The notes: generated by a model not told the origin, from the sequence alone. 64,000 nt of DNA from a virus (IMGVR_UViG_3300032116_000031:1-64000), one strand, 5' to 3'; positions 18,722 through 28,804 are shown, counted from the first letter of the stretch. Numbers and translations are program-made.

Positions 18722-19201
18722 TTATTGAGATATAGACTTAATCTTATCTCTTAATATGGCAGCCTCCTCGTATTTTTCTTCTTCAACTAATTTCATCAGT
18801 TTCATATTCAAATCCTTCAACATCTCTTCAGCAGTTTTGTTCATCTCATGTCGCTCATTATCTTTTTTTATAGATTCCTCTAATTTGTTATTTAATTCCA
18901 CAACCTCTTTCTGAATAATAACCGCCTGCTCGAAATTCTCTGCATCCACCACTTTACGTAACTCATTTCTTTTTTCTTTAAGTTCTTTCCTAAGTAGTTC
19001 CGTGGCTTCAGATGAAGCCCTCTTTAATTGGTTTTGTTCTGGATCATAAACAAAATAGAAATATTGCGGCTTGTATCTCACCGATTGACTTGTAGAAGTA
19101 TAGTTTTTTTCTATTTCGTTGAGGTAATTAATGATTTGTTCTAATAAGTTATTCATAGTAATTAAGATTTTTTTATGAGGAATAATCAAAGAATGTTCCA
19201 A
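18722..19201 (-). CDS. Tandem UVR (UvrB/UvrC-motif) domain protein (likely start 19156)
   Basis: V.AENFEQAV.I...V..L and VEEEKYEEAAILRDKIK motifs. Confidence 0.75.
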   Translation of the reverse strand: MEHSLIIPHKKILITMNNLLEQIINYLNEIEKNYTSTSQSVRYKPQYFYFVYDPEQNQLKRASSEATELLRKELKEKRNELRKVVDAENFEQAVIIQKEVVELNNKLEESIKKDNERHEMNKTAEEMLKDLNMKLMKLVEEEKYEEAAILRDKIKSISQ

Positions 19202-19305
19202 TTTATTTTCTATGTCATTTTTTCATAATATATAAATTTACAAAGACAATTTGACATGTGCAATTTTTTTCTTTATTTTATATATTTATAGTAAAATTAT
19301 AGACC

Positions 19306-19473
19306 ATGTGTAGCTGCAACAAAAATAAGAGTATTAACTCAACAAGCTCAACAAACAATCAAAGATCTTTTGTTTCTAATAATACTGTTAGCAGTGCTAA
19401 TAATAACGTTAAGAAAACAAGGGAGGAGCTTTTAGCTGAATTAAGAAGAAGAATAGCAAAAGCCACTAAGTAA
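19306..19473 (+). CDS. Small protein MCSCNKNK...ELRRRIAKATK (55 aa, not in the ORF track)
   Basis: ATG 19306 to TAA 19473, with TATTTATA at 19283-19290 upstream and a terminator immediately downstream. Confidence 0.7.
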   Translation: MCSCNKNKSINSTSSTNNQRSFVSNNTVSSANNNVKKTREELLAELRRRIAKATK

Positions 19474-19474
19474 A

Positions 19475-19508
19475 AAAACGGAAAGCAATTGATTTTGCTT
19501 TCCGTTTT
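19475..19508. terminator. Bidirectional intrinsic terminator
   Basis: AAAACGGAAAGCAA/TTGCTTTCCGTTTT 14-bp stem between convergent ORFs. Confidence 0.85.
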
Positions 19509-19512
19509 ATCT

Positions 19513-19998
19513 TTAATTATTAACCTTCACTTTGGCGCTCTTTTTAGCACTTTCACCCATTTCATTTAGCTTTTCAAATAATCCTTCTATATGAAGGTTC
19601 AAGGCTTCCAGCTTATTGAATTCGTACTTCCTAAGAATACCGCTAAATTCTTGTACGTTAGGGGTTACAATTGTTGTCGTGTCTTTTTCAAAATCAAAAC
19701 CCATTTGAGCATAAATCTTATCAATCATCATGATTTGATATTCTTCGCTTTCAACCATGTTAAAGATGTCATCATTGATTACAATAACAAAATCTGGTAC
19801 TTTTGAATTATTATTCTCATAAGCGGCATGTTTAACAATTTCAGGTGTTTTATATACCTTACCGCATAGTCCAATAGGATTGAACTTCATTTTGGGATTA
19901 TGAAGCAGCGAGTAGGTACAAACCTGATGCAAACCTGTTTGCTCAAAACGTGATTCAAAAAGTGCTTCTGTGAATTCTGATACTTTAGTTAATTCCAT
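19513..19998 (-). CDS. Putative phage-metallopeptidase-fold protein, apparently lacking HExxH
   Basis: The PDFVIVIN...F...QI.MID and P.VQEF..IL.KY patterns resemble the putative phage metallopeptidase family. Confidence 0.45.
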   Translation of the reverse strand: MELTKVSEFTEALFESRFEQTGLHQVCTYSLLHNPKMKFNPIGLCGKVYKTPEIVKHAAYENNNSKVPDFVIVINDDIFNMVESEEYQIMMIDKIYAQMGFDFEKDTTTIVTPNVQEFSGILRKYEFNKLEALNLHIEGLFEKLNEMGESAKKSAKVKVNN

Positions 19999-20018
19999 AA
20001 ATTTAAAAAATTTAATAG

Positions 20019-20315
20019 TTAAGATTCAATATTGTTGTAGTTAACATAGTTATTCAGAATGCCTTCTGGTAACTGCTGCAAAGATACAAACTTATTTGTT
20101 AAAGAATCAAAAAATAAATCACATTTTTGCTTTTTTATTTCATTAATATCGTAGTTATCTATATTCTCTATTTCATAAGCGCACCACCAATTAAATTCAG
20201 TGAATACAATATAATCCAAATAATAATATTTTGAGTCTATTAAAGCTATTCCTCTTATGACGTGTTTATTTCTATTTTTAGGATTAGTTTCTAATATTTT
20301 TTTTATCCATTGCAT
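20019..20315 (-). CDS. Hypothetical protein
   Basis: 98-aa ORF in operon context. Confidence 0.5.
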   Translation of the reverse strand: MQWIKKILETNPKNRNKHVIRGIALIDSKYYYLDYIVFTEFNWWCAYEIENIDNYDINEIKKQKCDLFFDSLTNKFVSLQQLPEGILNNYVNYNNIES

Positions 20316-20337
20316 ATAGTTATAATAAATTTTAATT

Positions 20338-20949
20338 ATGAGTCAATTTGTATTTAGTGTGTATAAAACTGTAAATAACAGACTGAAAAAGAAACCGTTA
20401 TTCAGTTCAGGCAAATATAGGGAATCTTTAAAGTTTTTTAAAGAAGAAATAGATCAAAACAATAAAAATGTATTATATCACTTAAGATATAAGTCTAATA
20501 TGGTAGATGTTACCTTAGAGCGTTATTTTTTAGTTTTAGTGAAGGAGCATAAAAATGGGCATAAGGAAATAGTAAAACAGGAGGAGTATCTAATAGAAGA
20601 AAAATTCTATGTTTACGGCTTAGAAAAAAGATTAACCGTTGTGGAATTATTTGAGGAAATTATCCCCAAATTCTCCGAGCATTTTACCACAGTAAGAATG
20701 TTTAAAAATAAAATAGTCTTTGAATCAGGGGATAAACTGGAGTGTATTCTAACTAAGAATTTATATGAATGTAAAAGGCTTTACACCTATTTAAACTCTG
20801 CTTTCAAAGCCCGAAAAATAAGTGCTTTCTTATTCCTAGGAAAAGTCCCAGACACACCTACGGAAATTAAAAGGGATTTAATAGAACGACTAGTTGATTT
20901 AACTGGTTTGTCGCATTTCCAATTTAGGCGAAATAAAACAAGGCATTAA
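20338..20949 (+). CDS. Hypothetical protein
   Basis: 203-aa ORF with plausible codon usage. Confidence 0.7.
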   Translation: MSQFVFSVYKTVNNRLKKKPLFSSGKYRESLKFFKEEIDQNNKNVLYHLRYKSNMVDVTLERYFLVLVKEHKNGHKEIVKQEEYLIEEKFYVYGLEKRLTVVELFEEIIPKFSEHFTTVRMFKNKIVFESGDKLECILTKNLYECKRLYTYLNSAFKARKISAFLFLGKVPDTPTEIKRDLIERLVDLTGLSHFQFRRNKTRH

Positions 20950-21176
20950 TTATATAATCGCCAAACAAATCTCCAAAGAAACAATTTAAAACGGAACCAA
21001 TAGTTTCCGAAGGATACCTTATGATATTTCTTATTGGATCTAATGTCTGCTTTTTGTTTGATTAAATTATCAAAGTCTTTTTTTCTTTGGGCTTCGATTA
21101 TTTTTTTATTGCTATCATTGTCTTCCTGTAATTCTGACAATTGTGTTTCAATTTCCTTATATTTACCTTCTAACAT
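20946..21176 (-). CDS. Hypothetical protein
   Basis: 76-aa coiled coil with an aromatic C-terminal tail. Confidence 0.5.
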   Translation of the reverse strand: MLEGKYKEIETQLSELQEDNDSNKKIIEAQRKKDFDNLIKQKADIRSNKKYHKVSFGNYWFRFKLFLWRFVWRLYN

Positions 21177-21185
21177 AATTTAACT

Positions 21186-21602
21186 ATGGATTTTAATTCT
21201 TTATTTTGGATTTTCTCATCTATTGGGATGACACATATTATCACTGGGACTTCTATTTTTGAAAAAATTAGAGCAAAAGTATTTTACTATTCCCCTGATT
21301 TTTTCGGAGTATTAGTCGGTTGCCCTACTTGCATGGGTTTTTGGGTTGGTGTATTTTTATCACTGTTTTTCCCAATAGTTCAAATATATGATTTAAGTTC
21401 TGAAATTATAACAAACTCCACGGTAAAATTGTTTGCATTGTTTTTTTTACATGGCTGTTTTTCTTCTGCTATTAATTGGCTAACTCACCTTTTTGTTACC
21501 TACTTGGATGTTAAAACTACACACGTTGAAATTAAAAACCAGCTAATAATAGAAAATCCGTTAGAAATTGCAAAGCAAATCCTAACGGAAAATCAAAAGT
21601 AG
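21186..21602 (+). CDS. DUF1360-like membrane protein
   Basis: S.IFE.IR...G.LV.CP.C.GFWVG motif with TM helices. Confidence 0.65.
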   Translation: MDFNSLFWIFSSIGMTHIITGTSIFEKIRAKVFYYSPDFFGVLVGCPTCMGFWVGVFLSLFFPIVQIYDLSSEIITNSTVKLFALFFLHGCFSSAINWLTHLFVTYLDVKTTHVEIKNQLIIENPLEIAKQILTENQK

Positions 21603-21613
21603 TTTTATTCTAT

Positions 21614-21874
21614 TTAGTTTGATGTTAAACAAACATAATCGTTGGAGAACAAGCAATCTAAATTGTTTGCCAAAAGATTGTCATCACAGCAATTGATAGG
21701 GCTTCCTACACATACTGTGGCACATTGCAACTGTAATCCATCTTCAACTAAGACCATTTGTTGAATTACGTTTTTTTGTGCTATTTGCTGCAACAAGTTA
21801 TCCCACCAGAAGTCAACATTTCTACCTTCTGTTACGTGGATATATCGGTTATTGTTATAAGATTGTATTTTCAT
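21614..21874 (-). CDS. Hypothetical Cys-rich protein
   Basis: 86-aa ORF. Confidence 0.55.
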   Translation of the reverse strand: MKIQSYNNNRYIHVTEGRNVDFWWDNLLQQIAQKNVIQQMVLVEDGLQLQCATVCVGSPINCCDDNLLANNLDCLFSNDYVCLTSN

Positions 21875-21896
21875 TTTATTTAGAGGTTTTATTGGC

Positions 21897-23315
21897 TTAT
21901 TGTTCTTCTGTTTTTGATTTCAAAGGCTTTACGTAAACTCTATAAACATTTGATCCCAAATTATCAATATCGTTTCTGTATTTGAATCCTAAGTTATCTT
22001 CGCCTTCCATATCATTAATCATGAAGTGAGCGTTACCGTAGTGTTTTACCACCTCTTTAATGAACTTTTCTATTTTCTCTTCATCTTCATCTGAAAGACC
22101 AGAGAAATCCCCGTTAATCAAAGCTGATAGAGCCCATTCTGGAACCAAGTATTCTACTAAGTCATTGTCTACTTCTTCATTTAGAGTTTTTTTAGTGAAG
22201 AAATCGAATTCTACTTTTTTAGATTTCACTGGCTTGGTCCAACTTTTATGTTCAAATAGTTGATTTAATTTTGCATTTGCTTTTTCTTCAGCTATTAAAT
22301 TTCTTTGTTCAAGCACTGTTGCTGAACCTTCATTCCATTCAATTAAAAATAGATTGCCTTTACCATCTAACATTTCAAATCTAGTGTTGTCATTTTTCAC
22401 TTTATTAGGAATTGACTCTTGTAGTTGAGAAACATTACTTGCAAAATCGTATTTTTCTGAATTAAATTTGAATCTTAGCATTTTACCTTCATTTATTTTA
22501 AAACCTAGTGCCGCAACACCATGTCTGTGTGTTCCTTTTGTTTTTTTAAGTTCCTTGGCATCATCGATACCTACTTTTAGGGTTTCAATATCTGAACCTA
22601 ACTGGAACAAGTTTGTATTTGTAGGGTTCTCTTCTTTCACCTTAGCCTTCGCTAACGCTGCTTGCATTAATTTAATACCTGTTGGATCCTTAGATAGTTC
22701 TTTTGTGATTCTTTCTTTGAACTCGTCTGTTAGACCATCATACATCAAATCTAAATTAGTGCTATTTTCCTTGAATTGATTCGGAATACCATCACCATTA
22801 TAATCGTTATTATCATTGTAATAATTTGGTTTTTCAGCTTTTAAAATGTCTTGATATACAATATTTATTTTATCTTCTACTTCTTTAACATTTTTCTTAC
22901 TTCCTTCACCGTTAGCTTTTCTATAATTTTTAACTAACTTATAATTCGGGTGTTCAGCCTCTTCTTTAAAAAGTTCAGCTCCAATTCTAAGGATTTCCTC
23001 ATTCATCATTTCTAAATCGTTGACATCTACAACATCAGTATAAGGGCTAATTGTTCTACGCATAAAAGCACCTTTACTCTTTGGAGTAGCCAATGGAAGT
23101 TCCATTCCGCCTCCTACACTACCTGTACTTGTCATTTCGTCGAGGTAATCAAAAAGAAGATCTTCATCATCAAATTTTCTTTTTTTACCGTCTTCCTTTT
23201 CATAGACGAATACTTTTCCTGCTGCACTATTTTCAACAGTGATTAGGTGTTCGCCGTCCACCATCATCTTATTTTCCCCTAGAAATGTGGTTCTATTTAA
23301 TTGTTTCTTATTCAT
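21897..23315 (-). CDS. Hypothetical (probable virion/head) protein
   Basis: 472 aa, charged, with several L/I-x-E sites, an EMTSTGSVG motif and a C-terminal P.WAL.ALINGD.SGL domain. Confidence 0.6.
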   Translation of the reverse strand: MNKKQLNRTTFLGENKMMVDGEHLITVENSAAGKVFVYEKEDGKKRKFDDEDLLFDYLDEMTSTGSVGGGMELPLATPKSKGAFMRRTISPYTDVVDVNDLEMMNEEILRIGAELFKEEAEHPNYKLVKNYRKANGEGSKKNVKEVEDKINIVYQDILKAEKPNYYNDNNDYNGDGIPNQFKENSTNLDLMYDGLTDEFKERITKELSKDPTGIKLMQAALAKAKVKEENPTNTNLFQLGSDIETLKVGIDDAKELKKTKGTHRHGVAALGFKINEGKMLRFKFNSEKYDFASNVSQLQESIPNKVKNDNTRFEMLDGKGNLFLIEWNEGSATVLEQRNLIAEEKANAKLNQLFEHKSWTKPVKSKKVEFDFFTKKTLNEEVDNDLVEYLVPEWALSALINGDFSGLSDEDEEKIEKFIKEVVKHYGNAHFMINDMEGEDNLGFKYRNDIDNLGSNVYRVYVKPLKSKTEEQ

Positions 23316-23317
23316 TT

Positions 23318-23728
23318 TTATTTTTCAGATAAAGTTTTGCAAATTTTTTGGAACCCCGTATTATAATATATATACAATACTCTTAAAGATTCAGCTGTAT
23401 TATCTTTCATTTCAAAGTTATTAACACTAATAAAAACACCAGAACCACCGCCGTACTTATAAATAAAACTGATTGATTCTTGGATTGTACCAGCTACTTC
23501 AATTAGAGTAACGTTTTTATTATTATCCTTTGAAAAATTAAAATAATCGATTTTTAAAGGGGCGTTAATTAACTTAGATGATAGTTCTTTTTTAAAGGTA
23601 TCATACTCTTCATCACCACTTTTAAAAGACTTTTTTTGGTTATCTACTTTTTCTACTGCTTCCTCTTCTTCAAGAAGTAAACCGCTTTTAATAGAATTTA
23701 ATATGTTTCTTGATACACTGTCTAACAT
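23318..23728 (-). CDS. Hypothetical protein
   Basis: 136 aa, preceded by a TATTTAT element (~23748-23754). Confidence 0.65.
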   Translation of the reverse strand: MLDSVSRNILNSIKSGLLLEEEEAVEKVDNQKKSFKSGDEEYDTFKKELSSKLINAPLKIDYFNFSKDNNKNVTLIEVAGTIQESISFIYKYGGGSGVFISVNNFEMKDNTAESLRVLYIYYNTGFQKICKTLSEK

Positions 23729-23753
23729 CTTTTTTAGTTTATTATTAATAAAT

Positions 23754-23789
23754 ATATCGCTAATAACATATTTCAGCTATTAGCGATAT
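23754..23789 (-). terminator. Inverted repeat/terminator overlapping a late-promoter-like element
   Basis: ATATCGCTAATA/TATTAGCGATAT 12-bp stem just after the stop at 23793. Confidence 0.6.
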
Positions 23790-23792
23790 TTT

Positions 23793-24827
23793 TTATTTAT
23801 TTTCAGGTTTTAAACCTGCAATAGTGAATTTATCTGTGATTTTAATATCACCTACTGGGCGTTTAACTTCTCTGACCTTTAAGATTTTTTCTTCATCTTG
23901 TATCGGATCGTTATCTCTTGCTACTTCATGTAAAATGTCGGTCCATATTTGAATACCATCATTTTTATCTCTCTTTGGTTCTAACTTTTTTTTTTCAAGA
24001 GATGGAGTAGCAGGGTTAAAGCTAAATGTTCTTTTAGTTTTTACTACTTCATTTTCTGTTTGTTGTTCAGGGGTGGACGGCGAAATATATGCTGGTTCAG
24101 TTGGCAATGAAATTTCGTTTCCGATTTCCTCCCTTAATTCAGTTAAAATTTCTTCCCTATTCTTTTTTAATTCGTCTATTGGAATAGTTGGCTTTTCTGT
24201 AACAACTTCACTTTCAGTCGGTGTTGATTCAGGTTCAATTTGTTTAGTAATCTTAATGTCACCTAAATCATCTATCGGTTCAACAGGAGGAGTATTTCCA
24301 CCATCATTATTATCTATCGGTTTAATCTTGGTGTTTAAGTTCTTTGTTTGACTTTTCAAAGACAATTTAGCCCAAAGGAAAACAATAGGACTCAAATAAA
24401 ATAAGCCGTTAGAATAAGCTAAAACCCTTTTATAGTTAGCTAGCTCCAATTCATCCCCGTAAGCTATCTCAAACATAGGTTTGAATAATTCTTGGAAAGC
24501 TATAAAATAAACTGATTCAACTTGAATGTTAATGTAGCTGTAAAAGATATTTCCAATCCCTTGAACAATAATACCAAAAATGAAAGGAATCCAAGCTACG
24601 CTAGTGTATCTAATAGCCAACATAGAACCCAAAATAAAAAGTTCTGTGGCAATAGCTGTGATAACATAAAAAGGAGCTTTATTCGTTAGTGTCCAGTACT
24701 CCATAACGTGAAAGAATGAAGTTAAACTAACGAACATAATAATAACCGTAAATATAAAATCAGCTATCTTATGATTCTCTTCAAATTCACTTTTTATGTT
24801 TTTTAAAAAAGAAAAGAAATTTTGCAT
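23793..24827 (-). CDS. Multi-pass membrane protein with Pro/Glu-rich C-terminal tail
   Basis: About four hydrophobic helices in the first 160 aa. Confidence 0.7.
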   Translation of the reverse strand: MQNFFSFLKNIKSEFEENHKIADFIFTVIIMFVSLTSFFHVMEYWTLTNKAPFYVITAIATELFILGSMLAIRYTSVAWIPFIFGIIVQGIGNIFYSYINIQVESVYFIAFQELFKPMFEIAYGDELELANYKRVLAYSNGLFYLSPIVFLWAKLSLKSQTKNLNTKIKPIDNNDGGNTPPVEPIDDLGDIKITKQIEPESTPTESEVVTEKPTIPIDELKKNREEILTELREEIGNEISLPTEPAYISPSTPEQQTENEVVKTKRTFSFNPATPSLEKKKLEPKRDKNDGIQIWTDILHEVARDNDPIQDEEKILKVREVKRPVGDIKITDKFTIAGLKPENK

Positions 24828-24832
24828 CTAAA

Positions 24833-25108
24833 TTATTTTTTTGTTTTTGTTGTATCCGAACCGTTTAAGTAAGCATTAACATCTTTTACTTTATCCAATT
24901 CTTTTTCTTTAATTAACATATCTTTTGTTTGTTGTTCCAAATCTTCTTTTGTAATAAGATTCTCATTCAGGGCTTTCGTATTTTTCTTAGTTGTTCTAAG
25001 ATCGTTTGAAAGCTGACAAGAATTAACTTTAAGGCTGAATACAAACAAAAGAATTAGTGCCTGTAAAGATAGGCTAATTAGTTTAAAATGTTCATTTAAA
25101 AATTTCAT
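24833..25108 (-). CDS. Membrane-anchored coiled-coil protein
   Basis: N-terminal TM helix followed by a coiled coil. Confidence 0.6.
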   Translation of the reverse strand: MKFLNEHFKLISLSLQALILLFVFSLKVNSCQLSNDLRTTKKNTKALNENLITKEDLEQQTKDMLIKEKELDKVKDVNAYLNGSDTTKTKK

Positions 25109-26318
25109 ACTTTACAATTTTTTTTCTGATTTTGTCTTTTATGTTTTTTATTAATTTGTTATACGTTTGGAAACTATACACCGTACCTACTTTTAAATCA
25201 GTTTTAATTTGATACAATGTATCATCTGTATTTAATTGATTAAAGCTATTGTTCTCTACAACTTCTAAGCAATCAGAGATGTCCTTATTGTTTAAATACA
25301 CGGATTTAATATTTCTGGCACCAAAAGTTAACTCCAAACAGTTATTTGCTTGATGATTTTCGATATAGATATGAGATATAGGTCTAATAACATCGTTTTT
25401 AACCTCTTCTGTTTTCTTATGCTTGGCATATCTATGTACATAAAATTTATAACAAATAACCCCTTCATCTGTTTCTATTTTTATTATATTTTCAGCTCTC
25501 TTATATAATCTTTTTTTATCCTGTTGATTATAAGGTTTCAACAAGAAGATTATTTCAGATATGTCAATATTAGTATAGAAAGCATAGTTAATGACTTCTT
25601 TTTCTCTCTTAGATAAAGAATCAACAATATTGTTTAATATCTGATTTTTATCTACTAACTCAAAATTTTGTTCCTGTTCGTCGCTAATCAAATCAAATAG
25701 TTCAACTGAATCTTCGCCTTCTTCACCTACTGTATTGTTACCTGACACAATATTATAAATGCGGTTCTTTTCTCCAAAAATAAACTCTTTATTTTTATAC
25801 GTTACTACTTCACCCACTTCAGGGTATCTTCCGTTATTCTTAACAAATTCATCAAACGCCTTTGATTCAGCAGATAAATCCTTCAAAATATTATCTGGGA
25901 TTCTGATAAAGTTACCGTAATCCTTCAACGCTCTATAAAAATACATCGGTAAACGGCTTCTAAAGTAGGTTGGTAATGTCCCTAAATCGGGGTTATAATC
26001 CGATTCATCTAAGACATGTACCAATGCTAAATTAGCTTCCTGTTGTAAATCCTTTACATCTACTTTATTACTTCCTGTTTTTAAAATCAATTTGTTAACC
26101 AATTGTAAAGCCAAGGGATAAAGGCTGTCTAATAGTTTATCCCTGCTCTTTAAATCGCCGTTCTTTTTCCAGTCAATGAATAATTTAGACTTTTCATCAT
26201 GAGATAAGAAAGGATTTTCTGAATTTTGCTTTTTCAGTTTCCTTGCTTTCTTTGTTACGATTTGGGTCCAAAAAGTGTTGTTCTCTACAAATCCATTAAT
26301 TTCTTCGTTATAACTCAT
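25092..26318 (-). CDS. Sigma-70-family RNA polymerase sigma factor
   Basis: RDKL...L..LA..LV, DL.QEAN.AL, YNPD.G.L.TY and AL.DYG..IRIP (regions 2-3), plus LS.REKEVI (start of region 4). Confidence 0.8.
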   Translation of the reverse strand: MSYNEEINGFVENNTFWTQIVTKKARKLKKQNSENPFLSHDEKSKLFIDWKKNGDLKSRDKLLDSLYPLALQLVNKLILKTGSNKVDVKDLQQEANLALVHVLDESDYNPDLGTLPTYFRSRLPMYFYRALKDYGNFIRIPDNILKDLSAESKAFDEFVKNNGRYPEVGEVVTYKNKEFIFGEKNRIYNIVSGNNTVGEEGEDSVELFDLISDEQEQNFELVDKNQILNNIVDSLSKREKEVINYAFYTNIDISEIIFLLKPYNQQDKKRLYKRAENIIKIETDEGVICYKFYVHRYAKHKKTEEVKNDVIRPISHIYIENHQANNCLELTFGARNIKSVYLNNKDISDCLEVVENNSFNQLNTDDTLYQIKTDLKVGTVYSFQTYNKLIKNIKDKIRKKIVKYEIFK

Positions 26319-28801
26319 TATCCTACAATTTTTGAAATATTGTTGTTTTTTACAATTTTTATATTATCGTTACACCATTCTGCTACTTCTTCATTATGTG
26401 TTATCAAAGCTACTGTTTCAAAGATATTCAAAAGCTTTTCAACTACTTTATAAACTCTTGGTAAGAATGGAGATGATACTGCAACAAAGACTTCATCTAG
26501 GATGAATATATTTGAGATAGGAACAACCATTTTTGATAAGAGTAGATAATGTAGTGCAAGTAATAGAACTGTCTTCTCGTAGCCACTTCCTTCAGCCATA
26601 TTGAATTCTAAACCGTTTCTTTCAAAGTAGAATTCGATAGCGTCGTTTTCTATTTTGATGGACGGCGAAAAATCATCTTCTGCTAAAACAGCTTTCAAAT
26701 CCTGATTAATATCTTCGGCTAAATCACCTAAGATTTTCATTGCTAAACCACCTTTACTGTGAACATCAACATAAGTCTTAAAGATTTTGTCTTTCTTTAA
26801 TTCCTCGTTAATCCTTTCTTCATTCACCGTGAAAAAGGTTGTTAATGTAAGATTTCTATTAATCTGTTCGTTGTTAATGAATATATTAGCATCGTTTTGA
26901 TTAATGAGCTTCTGTAAAGATTCTATTTTATCTTCATTAATCTTTATATTCTGATTTAGCTCTTCGTTGGCTTTCAAATCATTGGTGAATAAGCCGATAT
27001 TTTTTAGACGCTCTTGTAGCTCTGAATTTCTAGTTTTAAGACTATTAATTTCAGACTTCAATATATTAATCCTCGCCTCGGTTTTTTCATTTGAACTGAT
27101 GTTATTTAGATCCTTCTGATGATTCAGAATTTCATCCTTAATAACATTAATCTTCTCTTGTTTATTATCTGAAATCTTAGTTTTTAAACTTGATATTTCA
27201 TTTGTCAACTTCTTTTTATACTCTATCTCGTCTTCTTTAATTTTATCTGTAAGTTTAGTTAAAGATTCTTTTGCCTTAACACCTTCCTCTTTTACTTCTT
27301 CTAGTTTTTTAGACAAGCCCTCAATTTCTGATTTAATGCCTTCTTTCTTTGCTTTATTGTCGCTAACACCGTTGCAAAGGTTGCACGTAACAACATCTGG
27401 AGTGTTCTCTAAAAGTTCTTCTTTATTCTTTTTATCAGCCGATACAGTGATATAATCACTTCTAAGTTGCTCGATTTTTGATTCAATCTCTTTTTTCTCA
27501 TTTAGTTGAATTGCTGAAACAACATAATTAGAGTACATATGGTTCAATATCTCTAATTCTTCAGAGAGTTTTTTATCTTCTTGAACCTTTGATATATCAA
27601 CCTGTAAACTAGAAATTGTTTCTTGAATTTCATTGGCAGTACGGTCTACTACTACAATGTTTTTTTGCAAAGAAACTATTTCATTTTCCTTGGATTCTAT
27701 TTTTTCATTGTTTGATTTAATAGCTTGTTCCAAAGATTCAGGTGTTTCTCCCAACAATGAATCAGGTACGCCTTTCAGTTGATTAGCGTATTTTTTATTC
27801 TCCTCTTTTAACTTGTTTATATCTTGTTTATATGCACCAGATTCATCTTCGTATTTCTTATTAGAAGCCAATAAATCATTGTTACTTTTATTGAGATTAA
27901 AAAGCTCCAAATGTATATTAACATCTTGGTATTCTTTCGCAAGCGAATTAGCAAGGAATGTATTGTATTGCTTCTTCGCTATTTGCGCCTTCTCTTCAAT
28001 ATTTCCCAAACCAAAATAATTCAAGAACATCCTGTAACGCTCTGTTGGTTTAGTATTCAACCATTTTTCGATAGAAAAGGTATCAAAGAATGAAATGAAC
28101 AAGAAGTCTTTGATTTTGCCCACCATCTTGTCAAATTGGGCAATATCAATTAGTGTGCCGTCACAGTTTATTGTTACGCGCTGTGATACTTTACCAGCTT
28201 GATTTTTAGTGAAATCCCTTCTGATAAAATAAGTTTTTCCTTCGATTTCAATTTCACCTTCAACGTTTGCGATATTCAAAGGGGAGAACCTATTGACGAT
28301 AGATGACAATGTTGTTCGTTCTTGGTTAGAGCGATAAAACTCACCAAACAATAGGATTTTTAATGCGCGGATAAGATTAGACTTACCACCCATATTATGA
28401 GGTTCAGAGAATATTCTCAAAATACCTCTATTCTCTAATTCAACATTAAATTCATTGAATGATAGAATATTTTTACCTCCGAACCATTTAACCCTAAATT
28501 GTTTTGCACCATCATTTTGATCTGTAATTAAATTAGAGATTTCGCCGTCCAACTCAAAAAAAGAATCAACATCTACATCTGGGTAATTATCGTTTAAATA
28601 ATTCTCATAAATCTTTCTTAAATTGTTATTTAGAACATTAGAACGATTATCCTCAAAAGCTTCACTCTTGATCTTCCGACCTTTGATTTTCACATCTAAA
28701 TCATCTCCGTATTCTGATTTAATGTTTTTCTCCAATTCGATTTTTTCCAATTCAGAAATCGAATCTTCAACTTCTACTACTATTTGCGAAAATGGTTTCA
28801 T
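26318..28801 (-). CDS. sbcC: Rad50/SbcC/T4 gp46-like ATPase
   Basis: Walker A N.GGKS, long coiled coil with a CNLC zinc hook, signature SGYE, Walker B FILDE and H-loop ITH. Confidence 0.9.
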   Translation of the reverse strand: MKPFSQIVVEVEDSISELEKIELEKNIKSEYGDDLDVKIKGRKIKSEAFEDNRSNVLNNNLRKIYENYLNDNYPDVDVDSFFELDGEISNLITDQNDGAKQFRVKWFGGKNILSFNEFNVELENRGILRIFSEPHNMGGKSNLIRALKILLFGEFYRSNQERTTLSSIVNRFSPLNIANVEGEIEIEGKTYFIRRDFTKNQAGKVSQRVTINCDGTLIDIAQFDKMVGKIKDFLFISFFDTFSIEKWLNTKPTERYRMFLNYFGLGNIEEKAQIAKKQYNTFLANSLAKEYQDVNIHLELFNLNKSNNDLLASNKKYEDESGAYKQDINKLKEENKKYANQLKGVPDSLLGETPESLEQAIKSNNEKIESKENEIVSLQKNIVVVDRTANEIQETISSLQVDISKVQEDKKLSEELEILNHMYSNYVVSAIQLNEKKEIESKIEQLRSDYITVSADKKNKEELLENTPDVVTCNLCNGVSDNKAKKEGIKSEIEGLSKKLEEVKEEGVKAKESLTKLTDKIKEDEIEYKKKLTNEISSLKTKISDNKQEKINVIKDEILNHQKDLNNISSNEKTEARINILKSEINSLKTRNSELQERLKNIGLFTNDLKANEELNQNIKINEDKIESLQKLINQNDANIFINNEQINRNLTLTTFFTVNEERINEELKKDKIFKTYVDVHSKGGLAMKILGDLAEDINQDLKAVLAEDDFSPSIKIENDAIEFYFERNGLEFNMAEGSGYEKTVLLLALHYLLLSKMVVPISNIFILDEVFVAVSSPFLPRVYKVVEKLLNIFETVALITHNEEVAEWCNDNIKIVKNNNISKIVG

Positions 28802-28804
28802 ATA

